DNA of 64,000 nucleotides from Raja brachyura (lineage: Eukaryota), in NCBI GenBank assembly GCA_963514005.1, contig OY740791.1:51832001-51896000 (forward strand). Reading direction: 5' to 3'. Of the stretch, positions 35,030-48,723 are shown in pieces. A model generated the notes under the pieces. That model worked only from the letters and a program-made list of their open reading frames with translations, had not been told where the DNA came from and did no database searches. Within the stretch, counting starts at the first letter, position 1; every line of letters begins with the position of its first letter. Made by a program: the position numbers and the translations under genes.

Positions 35030-37345
35030 AGGTAATAAAAATAGAGGAGGTGGAGAGGCTTTTCAGAAGACAGAAAAGCCGGAAATCTCCAGGACCTGAC
35101 AATGTTTTCCCCTCTACTCTCAAGCTTGTGCCAAACAACTGGCACCTGTCTATACAGACATTTTTAACCAGTCCCTGCAAACATGTACAGTCCCTGCCTG
35201 CTTCAAAGTCTCCACTATTGTCCCTGTACTCAAAAAGGCAAGGATTACTTGTCTTATTGACTACAGGCCTGTCGCACTGACCTCTGTAGTCATGAAGAAC
35301 CTTGAAAGGCTTGTGCTAGCCAAGCTGAAAAATATCACAAACCCCCTGCTGGACCCTATGCAGTTTGCATATCGGGCCAATAGATCTGTTGATGCAGTCA
35401 ACCTGGGACTGCACTTCATCCTACAGGACCTAGACTGCCAGAGGACCTATGCGAGGATCCTGTTTGTTGATTTTAGCTCTGCATGCAACACCATTGTGCC
35501 AGAGCTACTACACTCCAAACTTTCCGAGTTGACTGTGCCTGAAACGGTACAGTCTGTTGGTGGATCACCAGCTTCCTGACAGACAGGAAGCTGCATGTGA
35601 GGCTGGGAAAGCACATCTCGGACACACAAACGCTCAGCATGGAAGCACCACAATGCTGCGTACTCTCTCCTCTCCTCTCATCTACACCAACGCATGCACC
35701 TCTCGGACCTCCTCAGGCACCTATGTCAAGCTTCTCAAGTTTGCGAATGACACAACCCTGATTGGACTGATCCAGGATGGGGAGGAATCTGTCTACAGAC
35801 AGGAAATGTCACAGCTGGCATCCTGGTGCCATCGCAACAACCAAGAGCTCAATGCTCTTAGGACAGTGGAATTGAATGTAGACTTTAGGAGAGTTCCCCC
35901 TCCCTCACCTCACCCCTGGAAATCATCATCTCCAAGGACCTTAAGTGGGGGGCCACCATCAACTCCACAGTCAAAAAGGCACAACAGAGGATGTACTTCC
36001 TACGGCAGCTGAGGAAACACAATCTGCCACAGACAATGATGGTCCAATTCTACACGGCCATCGTAGAGTCTGTTCTCACCTTCTCCATCATGGTCTGGTT
36101 TGGCTCAACCACCAAGCACGACACCTGGAGGCTGCAGCAAATCGTCCAATCAGCTGAGAAGGTTATTGGCTGCAACCTTCCCTCCAAGATACAAGATACA
36201 TTTATTTGTCACATGTGCCAGTTGGCACAGAGAAATGTGATCACCATACAGCCATACAATAAAAATGAAGAACACAACACACGATAGAGTTCAACATAAA
36301 ACATCCCCACCCAGCAGAATCAAAGATTTCCCACTGCAAGGGAAGGCACCAAAGCCAATCATCTTCCTCTAATGTTCCTGATGTTCACCCGTTGTCAGGG
36401 CCTCCCGAGCCCTCCGCTGTCGCCACTCCGGGCGGCCCAATGATCAGGCCCGCTCGCCGGGATGTTGGCACACCGATGTCGGCAATAGAGGACCTCCTCC
36501 ACTGCCTGGACACATGAGTCGGGCACCTTCTACCAGAGTCCGCGGCTCCCAAAGTCCGCAGGCCGCGCTGGGCGGAGATGCAATGCTGGCGACCCTCGGC
36601 AAAGGACCCCAGGGACTCCGCGATGTTGTTCAGCACTGCCCGCGCTTGAAGCTTCCCAAACCACAGCTCAGCGAATCCAGCGCTGCACCGCCGCTGTTGA
36701 AGCTCTGGTCCGGTCCCCGGCAGGACGCGAGGTTGGGGAGGGGGAGGACACAACTCGGAGACGTAGTCACATCCTCGCCAGGAAGCGACTGGGAGACAGT
36801 TTCCCCCTTACCCTACCCCCTTCCCCCACATAGAAAAGTTAAAGATTCCCAAAAACGAACTGTAAAGTGACTAAAAATTAAAAAAAAATTGAAAAACAAA
36901 TGGACTGTAGGCAGAGGCTGCCTTCAATATGGTGCCCCTAGTGGATTGATGAACTATACACTGCAAGAGCCAGGAAGCGAGCGGGCAAGATCATCTCAGA
37001 CCCCTTTCACCCTGGCCAAAAACTCTTTGAATCACTTTCCTCTGGAAGGCGACTCCGGACTGTCAAAGCTGCCACAGCCAGACATAAAAACAGTTTTTAT
37101 CCACGAGTAGTTGCTCTCGGATAAACAGCCATAAATCTGTAGCCTGCCTTTGATCTGGTATTTTGTTGGTTCACATGCTTGATCAATGGGGTTTTATCAT
37201 TAATGTTTTATTATTATTAATGTTCAGTGTTTTCTAAGTCATTCGTAACTGTCACTGTATGTCATGTTTTTACTTGTGGGCAGAGCATCAAGGCAAATTC
37301 CTTGTATGTGAATACTTGGCCAATAAACTTACTTACTTACTTATT
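35030..37345 (+). mobile_element. Rex1/Babar-like LINE, 5'-truncated, interrupted at about 36187-36945 by another non-coding retroposon
   Basis: [47 protein letters not shown]; tail CAATAAA(CTTA)n; colinear with 51253-52080. Confidence 0.85.
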
Positions 37346-39984
37346 GAAACATTCAAAAGAGGAGCAGGAGTGGATTATTTGGCACTTTGAGCCTGTTCCA
37401 TCATTCAACACAACCTTCTCTATCAATCCCATATTACAATTCTCTCACTATTGATGCCATTTGTGTCAAAAAAAATCTATCCTCCACCTAACTGGATTCA
37501 GTTACTTGTTATCGACCATTTTCTTCCATGGGGTGAATTAGAAGGGCTAACTATATTCAGAATGAAGAAAGTTTTCCACATCTCAGCCTTTCAGGTCTTA
37601 TGTGTGCGATCCCTTGTTCTAGATCCTCCAGTCCCTATAAAATCTTTACGTATGGATTTTTTCTAGCTCTACCTGAATTTTGTTTGATTTAGTGAGGTCT
37701 CGTTTATGCCTTCCAAATGCCAGTGACTACTGGCCCAGTGGCACCTCCTCTCCTCACAGGTTAGCCCTGCCATTCCAAGAATCAGTCTGGTCAGCTTTGG
37801 CTGAATTCCTTCTGTGGCAGGAAAACCCTTTCTCGGGTAAGGAGAACATAACAGCGCACTGAAGGGGTGGCCTCAGGAATATCCTGTAATATGGCAACAA
37901 GACATCTTGTTACTGTGCTCAAAAACTCCAGATGAGAAGACCAACAAATATCACTTGTCTACTTACTATGAGCTGCATCACATGTCTGCATTCAGTGACT
38001 AGTGCACAAAGACGCAGCTATCTTATCAATATTACTGGGTCAATCACAATTCATATAGTTCTCAGTCTTTCAGCTTTTCATCAAAATATCATGTTTATCC
38101 ACAATATTATGGATAGGAAATGTAATATTCCTTGTTGATCCTTTATGCATGACTTTATCAAAGACCACCTGAAAATTCAACACATCCACTTCTCCCTGAA
38201 ACAAAAAAAAAACTGCTGGAGGAACTCAGCAGCTCTGGCAGCGTGTGTGGACGAATATGATTAATCCAATAATTTCTTTTTTTTAAAGATCAAACATTGT
38301 TTTGGAAAACAGAAACACCAAACAATGTTATATATTGAAATCTTTTCTTACAGCAGGTAGAAAACAGGATATTTGAAATGTGGGAAAGAATAAAGTACAT
38401 TCGAATAGTCAAGAGAAACACCACTATTTTAGATTTTAATCAGTCCGATGTAGCAAACATAATGACATTTGCTCCCTTTTAATCAAGACACCATCATTGC
38501 AATAGGAGAACACATTTCAAAATAAAATTTGAAGAGGTACATCAGTTTTGCAAACTACATTTCACTCATTTTATCCCGTTCATTTAATCCACTATTACCA
38601 TTGAAGAATAATGTCTGAGGTTTACTGTACCTTCTGCACAGGAACTTGTGTGGCATTCCAGCGAAGCAGCAACGTGGCTTTGAGCCCAGCACAGGACAAG
38701 CAGAAGTTCCGTCACTCTGCACAGTAACTGACGCTGCCTCTTGTCAAACTAAATGACACTCCCCCGCCAGCTCAGCGTTCCAGCACCACTGGCGTTGATA
38801 CAAATGGTTTAAGATATAGAATTATACAACTAGTAAAGAGAGAGATGTTCAAAATGGGAAAGTTCTGAGCTCAAGGACATTTCATCTAGAATCGAACTTG
38901 CACCTTTGCGATTTTGAACATTTCGAATGGATCTCAAATGGGAGAGCTCCAGGTGCTTTGCTGCATTCTGCTGGGCCTGATGTTCCACGAGAGAGCACAA
39001 GCAGTCCAGGGGGGTCCTGCCATTTCATGATGAAAAACCTCCAGAGACAGTTGTGTTCATTAAACATGCTGGCAATTCCATTTCACCCATTAGGATAAAC
39101 TGAACCATTCCCGGAGAGAGGACTGGTCCTGGTGAAAGGAGAAAGAACATACTGTTTCCTCACTTGCCCCTTCATGGGAAGGAGCCCACAGATTTCACCA
39201 TGGGAACCTTTCACTGTACTAATGAATGGCCACAATTATTGGTCAGCTGAACAAAATCTCGAATGTCATTAAAAGAAGCAAAGAGTACAGAGTGTACACT
39301 GGGTGTAGACCTCAGCATCCATCATTGGGAGTGGCTTGGTCACATGACCACTCACTGAGATGGCGTAACCCCGAAGGATGTGTCTGCCAGGCTTTTTTCT
39401 ACAGCAGGTAGAGAATGAGCCAACACAAGGGATTGACCTACTTGACTTCCTCCTCTCCTGTCCATCTGCAACAGGTGACTCATTTGACCATGGCTTTATA
39501 ACATGATATGATAACAGAAGAGCATTGCACAGTTCTAATTGAAGACAATGTTTGTCATTACCAAAGTCATCCCATGTTGCTCTGACTGGCACAAAGGTAT
39601 TTGGTGTCATCTTCCCAAAGGAGCTGCAGAGTCTGAGACATTGACTACGTTCAAGGTAGAGGACGATTGACTATAAACTCTACAAAAGTCAGGAGACGTG
39701 GGGAAAGTGGGAAGGTGATGTTGAGACCAATATTGGATCAACTGTATGGGCCTGAAAAATTGTACTCCCTCAGACTTTATTCCTTGGAGTGCAGGATGCT
39801 GAGTGTTGATTTTAAAGAGATAGTTGAATTGTTGAGGGGAATAGATAGGCTGAATGAACAGGGCCTTTTACCCAGTGTGAGGGTATCAAGAACCAGAGGA
39901 TACAGGTTTGAGGTGAGACGATAAGGCTTAATATGAACACGAAGGGCATATTTTACATTGAAAGGGTAAAGGATACAAACAAAA

Positions 39985-40595
39985 CGAGTTGAGTATAGAA
40001 GCAAACAGGTCCTTCTGCAGTTGTACAGGGCCCTAGTGAGACCACACCTGGAGTATTGTGTGCAGTTTTGGTCTCCAAATTTGAGGAAGGACATTCTTGC
40101 TATTGAGAGAGTGCAGCGTAGGTTTACAAGGTTAATTCCTGGGATGGCAGGACTGTCATATGCTGAGAGAATGGAGCCACTGGGTTTGTATACTCTGGAA
40201 TTTAGAAGGATGAGAGGGGATCTTATTGAAACATATAAGATTATTAAGGCTTGGACACGCTAGAGGCAGGAAACATGTACCCGATGGTGGGAGAGTCCAG
40301 AACCAGGGACCACAGTTTAAGAATAAGGGGCAAGCCATTTAGAACGGAGATGAGGAAAAACGTTTTCACAGAGAGGGTTGAGGATATGTGGAATTCTCTT
40401 CCTCAGAGGGTGGTGGAGGCCGGTTGGCTGGATGCTTTCAAGAGAGCTAAATAGGGCTCTTGAAGATAGTGGAGTCAGGGGATATGGGGAGAAGGCAGGA
40501 ATGGGGTACTGATTGTGGATGATCAGCCATGATCACATTGAATGGTGGTGCTGGCTTGAAGGGCCGTATGGCCTACTCCTGCACCTATTGTCTAT
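39985..40595 (+). mobile_element. CR1-like LINE 3' portion
   Basis: [22 protein letters not shown]; 3' UTR ending CCTACTCCTGCACCTATTGTCTAT. Confidence 0.9.
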
Positions 40596-41570
40596 AAAGG
40601 GTAGTAGGTATATGTGATGAGCTGCCAGAGAAGGTAGTTGAAGCACGTACTAAAATTTAAATTAAAAGACATTTGGACAGGTTCATGGAAAGGAAATGTT
40701 TAGAAGGATATGGGGTAAATGGAACTAAATTTGATGAAGAAACTAGATCAGCATGGACGAGTTGCAGCTATTTCTGTGCTGCATGACTCTATGGTTCCAT
40801 GACTCTGACTAAGTCCTGATAGTTGTGTGAGAGCATCTTCACCAAAAGTATTGCAGAACTTCAAGAAGGCAGCTCACCACCATCTTCTCCAAGGCAGTTA
40901 GGGATGGAAAATAAATATTGACTTTGATGCTGATATCAAGATACTGAGTAAGAACTAATTGGAATAAATATTCTCCTTTGCATCTTTGTGGTAGATTATC
41001 TGCCACAATTTATCCCAATCACCGACAAAAATACTTGAGCTTCTCTGTCTGGTAGTTACTATCCTTATAATAAATGCATCGTCAGCACACACAGATATGT
41101 TCTGTTCTCAAAGTACACAAATAGAATTATAAGTAATTATTTTTAAATGTAAAGGGTAAATAGAGAAGTTGTATCTGAAGATAATGTCAGCGTAAAAGAG
41201 GAAGGATCTGTGTTAGTTCCAGTTTTCACTTCTGCTGTGAAACTCAGCAAGTGTCCCAACAGGGACATTTGCACTAGAGAAGACAGGGGGTGGTCCCAGT
41301 GTTTAGAATATGAGAGTGATGGACAGTGTGAGTTTCAAGGGGCAATGAGATGAATTACGAAGATAAAAATTTAGGAGCTGGGAAAAACATAAAAACAGAG
41401 GGTGAAGCAGCAATAAAAAGGAACTTTATTTCTCTGCAGAATGCACACAATATGGCGGGGGGGGGGGGGGGGGGCAATGAGTTGTGAACACGGATTAAGG
41501 AAGGAGCCTCATTAGATTTCTTCTCACGATGCGGACAAGACTAACTGTTGAGCTGATGATGAGGTGCCCT

Positions 41571-43620
41571 TTCTTTTTTTTAATAATATTTTTATTAGAA
41601 GTAATCATTTCACAATGCTAAAACAAATTTACAAATACCAACTTAATTCAGTATTTATACAAATAACATATTGATTATTATTATCTTCTGTTTTTTAGAA
41701 ATAGAGAGAAAAAGAAAAAAGAATAGGTTTTAAATCAATAAAGGTTGTGATTAAATAATGATTTTGATTATATAAAAAAAAGAAGGGGAAAAAAAAACCA
41801 ATTAATATATATCTATTTAATATATATGTTTTTTTAAATGAGTATAAAGGATTATATATATATATAAAAGAGAAACAACAAAATATATTGTAAATAAAAC
41901 TATTACAGATGATAATATCAATAGAGACATGTATACAAATCCCAGTTTGAAAATGAATTATTTTCATCAAATCCTGTCGGGTACCCATCGAGTTGTGATG
42001 CCAAGAACAGCTACCCCCTCAAATATTGTATATATGGAGACCATATCTGTTCAAAGATTTCATATTTGTCCATCAGGACAAATCTAATTCTTTCCAAATT
42101 CAACGTCTCCGACATCTCTGCTGTCCACATTTTAATTGTGGGGGATAATGTTCCCTTCCAAAATTTCAATATTATTTTTTTCCCTATTATCAAACAGCAA
42201 TCAAGGAAATTTCTTTGATTTACTGTTAATACCAAATTTGAGTCCGAAATTCCTAATATTATTAACTTTGGATCTGGATCCAGTTTAACTCTAAGAACTT
42301 CAGAGATAACTCTAAAGATTTCTATCCAATAATAATTAAGTTTTGAACACGTTACAAAACTATGTTTTAAATTGGCTTCTAAATTCTGACACTTATCACA
42401 AATAGAAGAAATGTTTGGAAAAATTCTATTTAATTTGGTTTTCGAATAATGTAATCTATATAATACTTTAAATTATATCAATGTATGTCTAGCATTTAAC
42501 GAACAACGATGTATACGTTGTAAACTTTCTTCCCAAGTTTCTTTCGTTATAGATAAACCTATTTCATTTTCCCATGTTTGTCGATATATTTCTGTTGTTG
42601 GATTCTCCCTATCCAAAATAATATTATATATATATAAGCTATTAATTTTTCTGTATTTGGGTGCTTATTAAACAATTCATCTAATAATCCTGGTTCTTTA
42701 TTTTTATAATTTTGTGTGTTTGACTTAATATAATCTCTAATTTGTAAATACCTAAACAAGTTATGTGATGGCAATCCATAGATATCTTGTAACTCCTGAA
42801 ATGAAAGAAATCTTCCTTTTCTGTAAAGGTGTTCTATCCTTTTAATTCCTAAATCATCCCAATGTCTAAACCCCCTATCTAATATAGAGGGTTTAAATAA
42901 AGGGTTATTCATAATTGGTAGGCTAAGTGACAAATTATCTAAATGTAAAGTCTTAACTATTTGTTTCCAAATGCGTCTATTACTATGAATTATAGGGTTG
43001 TCCCTATAAATGTTTTTTTGTACTTCCCTTGGCGCAAAAAGAATCGAACCTACATTGAAAGGTAAACAATCTTCCTTTTCCATCTTTAACCACATTGGTT
43101 CATGATCCAAATTTACCCACCAAAAATTCATATTCTTAATCTGAACTGCCCAGAAATAATATAAAAAATTTGTAAGTGCTAATCCTCCATTTATCTTGGA
43201 TTTACATAAATGTTTTATACCTATTCTATGATTTTTATAGTCCCAAATAAAACTATTAACAATGTTATCAATTTTTTTTTTTAAAGTTTTCGGGAGATAA
43301 AAGGGAATAGCTTGAAACAAATATAACAGTTGTGGTAAAAAAAACATTTTTATAGCATTTATTCTACCAATCATAGATATAGGAAGTGTTTTCCAATATA
43401 AAATATTTTTTCTAAGTTTATTTAATAATTGAGGATAATTAGATTTAATTAATGAGTTATAGGATTTAGATACATGAATTCCTAAATATTTAAATTTGTC
43501 TGTAACTATTTTTAGTGGATATTATTGTAATATATTTAATTTTATTCCAGTTATAGGCATAATATCACTTTTATTCCAATTGATTCTATATCCAGAAAAT
43601 GTACTAAATTTAGTTATAAC
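41571..43620 (-). mobile_element. L1-clade LINE 3' 2 kb, same family as 20700-30559
   Basis: MIGRINAIKM, PIMNNPLFKPS, HPNTEKLIAYIY shared with the other copy; T-run and TTTATT at the left end. Confidence 0.9.
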
Positions 43621-44640
43621 ATAAATTTAACATAGGTGATTCCATCCAGATTGTTTGCTTAGGAATCAATTATTTAGGATGTGGGCCTCACTGCTCAGGC
43701 TTCCATTTTTAGCCCATGAGGATGTGAACATCCTTATTTAGCCAGTGAATGATGCTCCCACAATGCTCTTGATAGGAATGAAGGAACAGCAATGGATTTC
43801 CAAGTCATGACTGGAGATGCACCCACAGCATGTGGTTATCCCATGGGCCTGTTGCCATTGTCTTTCTTGGTTGACGGGATCACTGATATGAGAGGTGTTA
43901 TTGAAGTTGCCTTGGCAATGAACATTGAGACACCTTGCGGTGGTTGATTGAGACCGAAGACACTGTACACAGTGGTGGAAACAAAGAAGATGACAGTAGT
44001 AGATGGGGACATGCTCTGTCCTGGATGATGTTGAGCTTCTTCAGTATCGCTGGTGTTACATTCATCAAGGCATTGCATCTTCCTGAATTGTGTTTTGCTG
44101 CTGATGGAGAGGTTTTGTGGTGTCAGGAATTGCTTGCCCCATGATAACAAGAAATTAATCACCTTTCCTTTATCGATACTGCTTCTTAATGCTGCAACTC
44201 CCTACCTTGTATAACTGTGGGAGTACTCTCACCGGAAGGAATGGAAAGGTTTAGGAAAGCAACCTACCACTGTCTTGAGTGCAATTAACAATGAGGGGGA
44301 AATCACTAACCTTGACAGTGATGCTCAAATTGTCGAGAATAACTGAATGAGTAAAGAAATGCTAAACAAGTAAAATCAAGAACACCTGGATTAATGATAT
44401 TGAAATACTTACAAATACTATATAATTTTGGAGGTTCCACAACACTTCTAAAGGGAGCAGTGTCAATATAACCTCTTCTCAATCTCTCTTTAATCCCCAC
44501 TACCCAGCTTCCTAACAATCTTAACCATCTTTTATTTACTTTTGTCAAAATCCACAGTGAAATTGTTCAGTTTAAAGTTATCTAAGCTTCTCCTCTCCCT
44601 CTTGTCACTAACCTCATGTTCCCAAATCTCACCTGACAAA

Positions 44641-45075
44641 GAAACAGAGAAACATAGAAAATAGGTAAAGAAGGAGGCCATTTGGCCCTTCGAGCCAGCA
44701 CCGCCATTCATTGTGATCATGGCTGATCATCCACAATCAGCAGCCTGTGCTTGCCTTCTCCCCATATCCCTTGATTCAGTTAGCCCTAAGAGCTAAATCT
44801 AACTCTGTCTTGAAAACATCCAGTGAATTGGCCTCCACTGCTTTCAGCGGCAGAGAATTTCACAGATTCACTACTCTCTGGTTGAAAATTTTTTTCTCAT
44901 CTCAGTTTTAAATGGCCTCCCCTTTATTTTTCGTCAAGGGAAAAAAACTGCAGAAGGACCTCTTTACTCCTATACTCAAATCCTCTCATTATGAAGGCCA
45001 ACATGCTATTAGCTTTCTTCATTGCCTGCTGTATCTGAATGTTTACTTTCAGTGACTGGTGTACAAGGACACCCA
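44641..45075 (-). mobile_element. CR1-like LINE 3' fragment
   Basis: AGAAACATAGAAAATAGG tail and 3' UTR matching the other copies. Confidence 0.8.
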
Positions 45076-45953
45076 CTGATCAGTAACTCCCACATGCTGC
45101 ATTATGAACACATACTGTAGCTTCCCTTGCCATCTCCAGCCAAGTACTGTTTATATTTTCATAGCCCATATACAATTCAGAGATTCATGATCAATGATCA
45201 AGCAGATTGTATTTAGAAAAACAATCATATTCTTCAGCACTTTCACATTTTATAAAACTATTTGTCAGGATTGAACAGAATTATAACAATTTACAGGTCT
45301 ATTTGTGCCACTCCAATAATGTGACCAAGCATTTCTGGGTGTGGATTGTGCTTGCAGAAAGGGCATGTATTTTCTCGTCACATACACATACGAGGTGTGC
45401 AATGAAACAAAAAGTGGCAATGCTTGTGGATTGTGTTAAAAACTACAAAACAGAATGAATCAGAATCACATATTCATATATTACATATTTTTGAGAGAAA
45501 AAAACAAAAAAAAAATAGCAATTTAAAAAAGACACCACACGACCCAACTATCTGCCCCCATCACCACCCTCGGCAACGCGTTCTTGGCACCCACACGCTT
45601 GTGAAAAAAGTACTCTTACACATCCCCTTTAAACTTTGCATCCCACATCCTCCCCCCCCCATCTTTATCTTAAGGCAATGCCCTCCAGTATTTGATATTT
45701 CCATCCTGGGAAAAAAGTTCAGAATATTCACCCTGTCCTGCTTTTCCTTAGGATTGTTTGCATTCACATCTAAAATGATCCCTCTGGCCATATTTACAGT
45801 TCTCCCTAACCCCCAGTGCTCTGAGCCCCAGCTTGGCCATTCCCCCAGTACAAAACATAAAAGCTACAGCAGTTGGAAATAAAAATTCAGTTCACAAAAC
45901 AGTTTCATTCTACATTTCCGTCTCAATGAGTGGAACTTTTTTTTCTGTTTCAT

Positions 45954-46022
45954 TCACATCTTTGTTTGTGCTATTTGTGCATAGATGACAGATGAATCGT
46001 TGTTCCTTGAAGGAGCCAGGTA
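45954..46022 (-). CDS. Gene B terminal coding exon with ITIM 2 and stop
   Basis: Phase 0, TTCTCTCTTTTAG acceptor; YLAPSRNNDSSVIYAQIAQTKM*. Confidence 0.78.
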   Translation of the reverse strand, partial: YLAPSRNNDSSVIYAQIAQTKM

Positions 46023-46155
46023 CTAAAAGAGAGAATAACAATTACGTTTATACAATTTGTTGGCATATATTCTTATATCAGCAAAAGTTGCAGAAGATTC
46101 CAGAAATTGAGAATGCGCTACTTGATATTTCACCACAAGGAATGAATGTACTGAC

Positions 46156-46199
46156 CATATCTGTCTCTTGGTTGGAGGGTGATTTTCCATCACGGTGCC
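46156..46199 (-). CDS. Gene B cytoplasmic linker exon
   Basis: 44 bp, phase 1-0, CACAG acceptor and ATG|GTCAGT donor; GHRDGKSPSNQETDM; bridges the phases of the two ITIM exons exactly. Confidence 0.7.
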
Positions 46200-46623
46200 C
46201 TGTGATAGTTGGAAACATCACAATTAAAGGATGATACTGGTGGATCACACTGACAAAGGATGTGATGATGGAATACAAATGTCTGAAACGTATAGCTTTT
46301 CACTTCATGATAAAGGATCAGCAAGACATTGATGTTCAGAAATCTCAATTGCAATCTCTCGTTGTGACTTCAGCTCATATGTCAGTGCTCAGATCTCTCG
46401 AGGGGTCTTGAACCCACTCAGAGCAAGTTGGAGTATCAACGGAGTCTCAGCTGACTGTCCTAGAACATGTCAATGGGTAGCGTGAGGGACATAGGCCCAG
46501 GAATGCTGAATGCGGTTCTAAGATGCCCAAACATTCAAGATTTCAGACCCAGTGCCAACTATCAGTAACTTGATAAAAATAACTAAAACATGATTTAAAA
46601 AAAAAAGAAAAATAGTGATTTAC

Positions 46624-46686
46624 CAGTTGCCGCTTTTTTCTGGAAGGCGATAGATCCATAATGGATATCTTCTGTTTCTGCAGAGA
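46624..46686 (-). CDS. Gene B cytoplasmic exon with ITIM 1
   Basis: 63 bp, phase 1-1, TTCTTCATTTCAG acceptor and G|GTAAAT donor; SAETEDIHYGSIAFQKKAAT. Confidence 0.75.
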
Positions 46687-48723
46687 CTGAAATGAAGAAT
46701 CAATTTATATAAGTGTCAAGGCCTTCATTTAGTATAGGAAGGAATGGCAGAGGCTGGTTTAAGCCGAAGATGGACTCAACATGCTGGAGTAATTGAGCGA
46801 GGCAGGCAGCATCTCTGGAGAGAAGAAATGGGTGAAGTTTTGGATCTGAAGAAGTGTCTCGACTCAAAACGTCACCATTCCTTATTTCCAGAGATGTTGC
46901 CTGTCCCGCTGAGTTACTCCAGTTTTTTGAGGCCTTCGTGTTGACTAGACTAGATTAGACTGCTGAAGTATATTATTGGTTGAGTGCTATCCAGTAAAGG
47001 AAAAGTATAATACATGAATACAATAAAGCTGTCAACAGTGCATAGATCAAGGAAAACAGGTACAACATTTAGTGATATATGGAATATTGAAATCCAATAA
47101 GGTCCGATTACAGAGAGCAAAATAAGAATGGGATTACTTCTAAATTAAATTAACATTGAATATTGTTCCAACAAATTTGTCTCTTTAGTTGCCTGGAGCT
47201 TTGGGGAAGAATTTCTAGCACTTAGGTTTGTAGGGGAATGGCCAGGCCCATGGAGATTCGGCATTGAGGCAGCAACCAGTCTAACCTGAGGGCAACATCA
47301 ACCAGGCTGTTTGATGGTCAGCATGACAGGAGTGGCCATTCCAATGGAGGGGTGGCACCATGCGAGTGATCAGGACGACCATTGACTAACTGAGATACTT
47401 GACGAAACGGCACCTGTCAAGTAAGGCACATGCTGGAGAACTGAGCTTTAACTGTGCTGATAAAATTAGAGACTGATCAACAGTTTCCAAGCTTTCATCA
47501 TGAATATTGTTGCCAGAGGCTGATGTTGTACAGCAAGGATCTTTGCCTCACGATCTTCAGGGTTGGTCTAATTTTCTCCTACTTTTGAATCAATATCTGA
47601 AACGAAATAATTGCATGAAGAGAGGAAGCAGGACTTGAGACGAGTTGAATTGCTCTTAAATGGAGCTAGAAGCAACACAATACAAGCAACCCAAATGGCC
47701 TCCTTTCATGCTGTAACCCTCAGTGATTTTCTCAAACGCCACTGTTGAGCCATCAGTAACTCAGGGCTCAGCCTCCAAAGGCACACACCCACAGGTACGA
47801 TCGTGTACTGCAGTTCTGTGACTGAGGTTGCAGTGAGCTTGGATCCTGTAGGTGATGAAGATTAAAGACACCCATTGCTCCTGCCAATTAGCTGCACTCC
47901 AGGGGAGGATTGTTGAACTGAGGTGAGAGACGGAGACGGGATTTAATAATAATGATAATAATAATATATTTTATTGTCATTAACATAAGTGCAACGAGAT
48001 TTGGTTTGCAACTTCGAGATTTCAGTTTGCAACCACCGAGAACAAAGTTTGTAAAAATGAACATTTGACCAGTAACATCAACACAGACTAAAGTGCGAGG
48101 CTGGGGGAGACAGTCCAGGGGGGTGTGGGGGTACTCAGCAGGGCCGGTTCAGAGCCGCTATAGCTCTGGGAATGAAGCTGTTCCTGAGTCTGGTAGTGCG
48201 GGCGTAGAAGGCCTTGTAACGTCTGCCGGAAGGGAGTAGTTTGAACAGTCAATTACAAGGGTGAGAGGAGTCTTTATGTATGCTGACGGCCTTCCTGAGG
48301 CACCGTGTGTGGTAGATGCCCTCCAAGGCTGGTAGCGGTGTCCCAATAATCTGTTGCGCTTTATGGACAACGCGCTGAAGAGCTCTCCTCTCCGCCTCCA
48401 TGCAGCTGAGATACCACACAGAGATGACAGTAATGACAAGTCATTGCTTGACCTTAGTGTGAACTGGGATGGACTAACTGGTTGGAATTATGAACTGCCT
48501 GCAATTGTGCAGCAGATGGGAATTTAGTTACATTTCATAAAGCTGTTAATTTTGAGAGATTCTCCACAATCCATCTCATTTGGCAGGATCGGGAAGTGTA
48601 TTGCAACCTAAGATCCAACAGTACAACAAATCTCCAAAAGATCCCATCATTGTATAAAATCATGAGAGGAATAGTTCAGGTGGATGCATAGAGTCTCTTG
48701 CTCAGAGTGGGAGAATTAACGTA

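Noticed and set aside
47552-47596. Exon-like segment with a good acceptor in the gene B cytoplasmic intron
   Set aside because: Stop codons in all three frames
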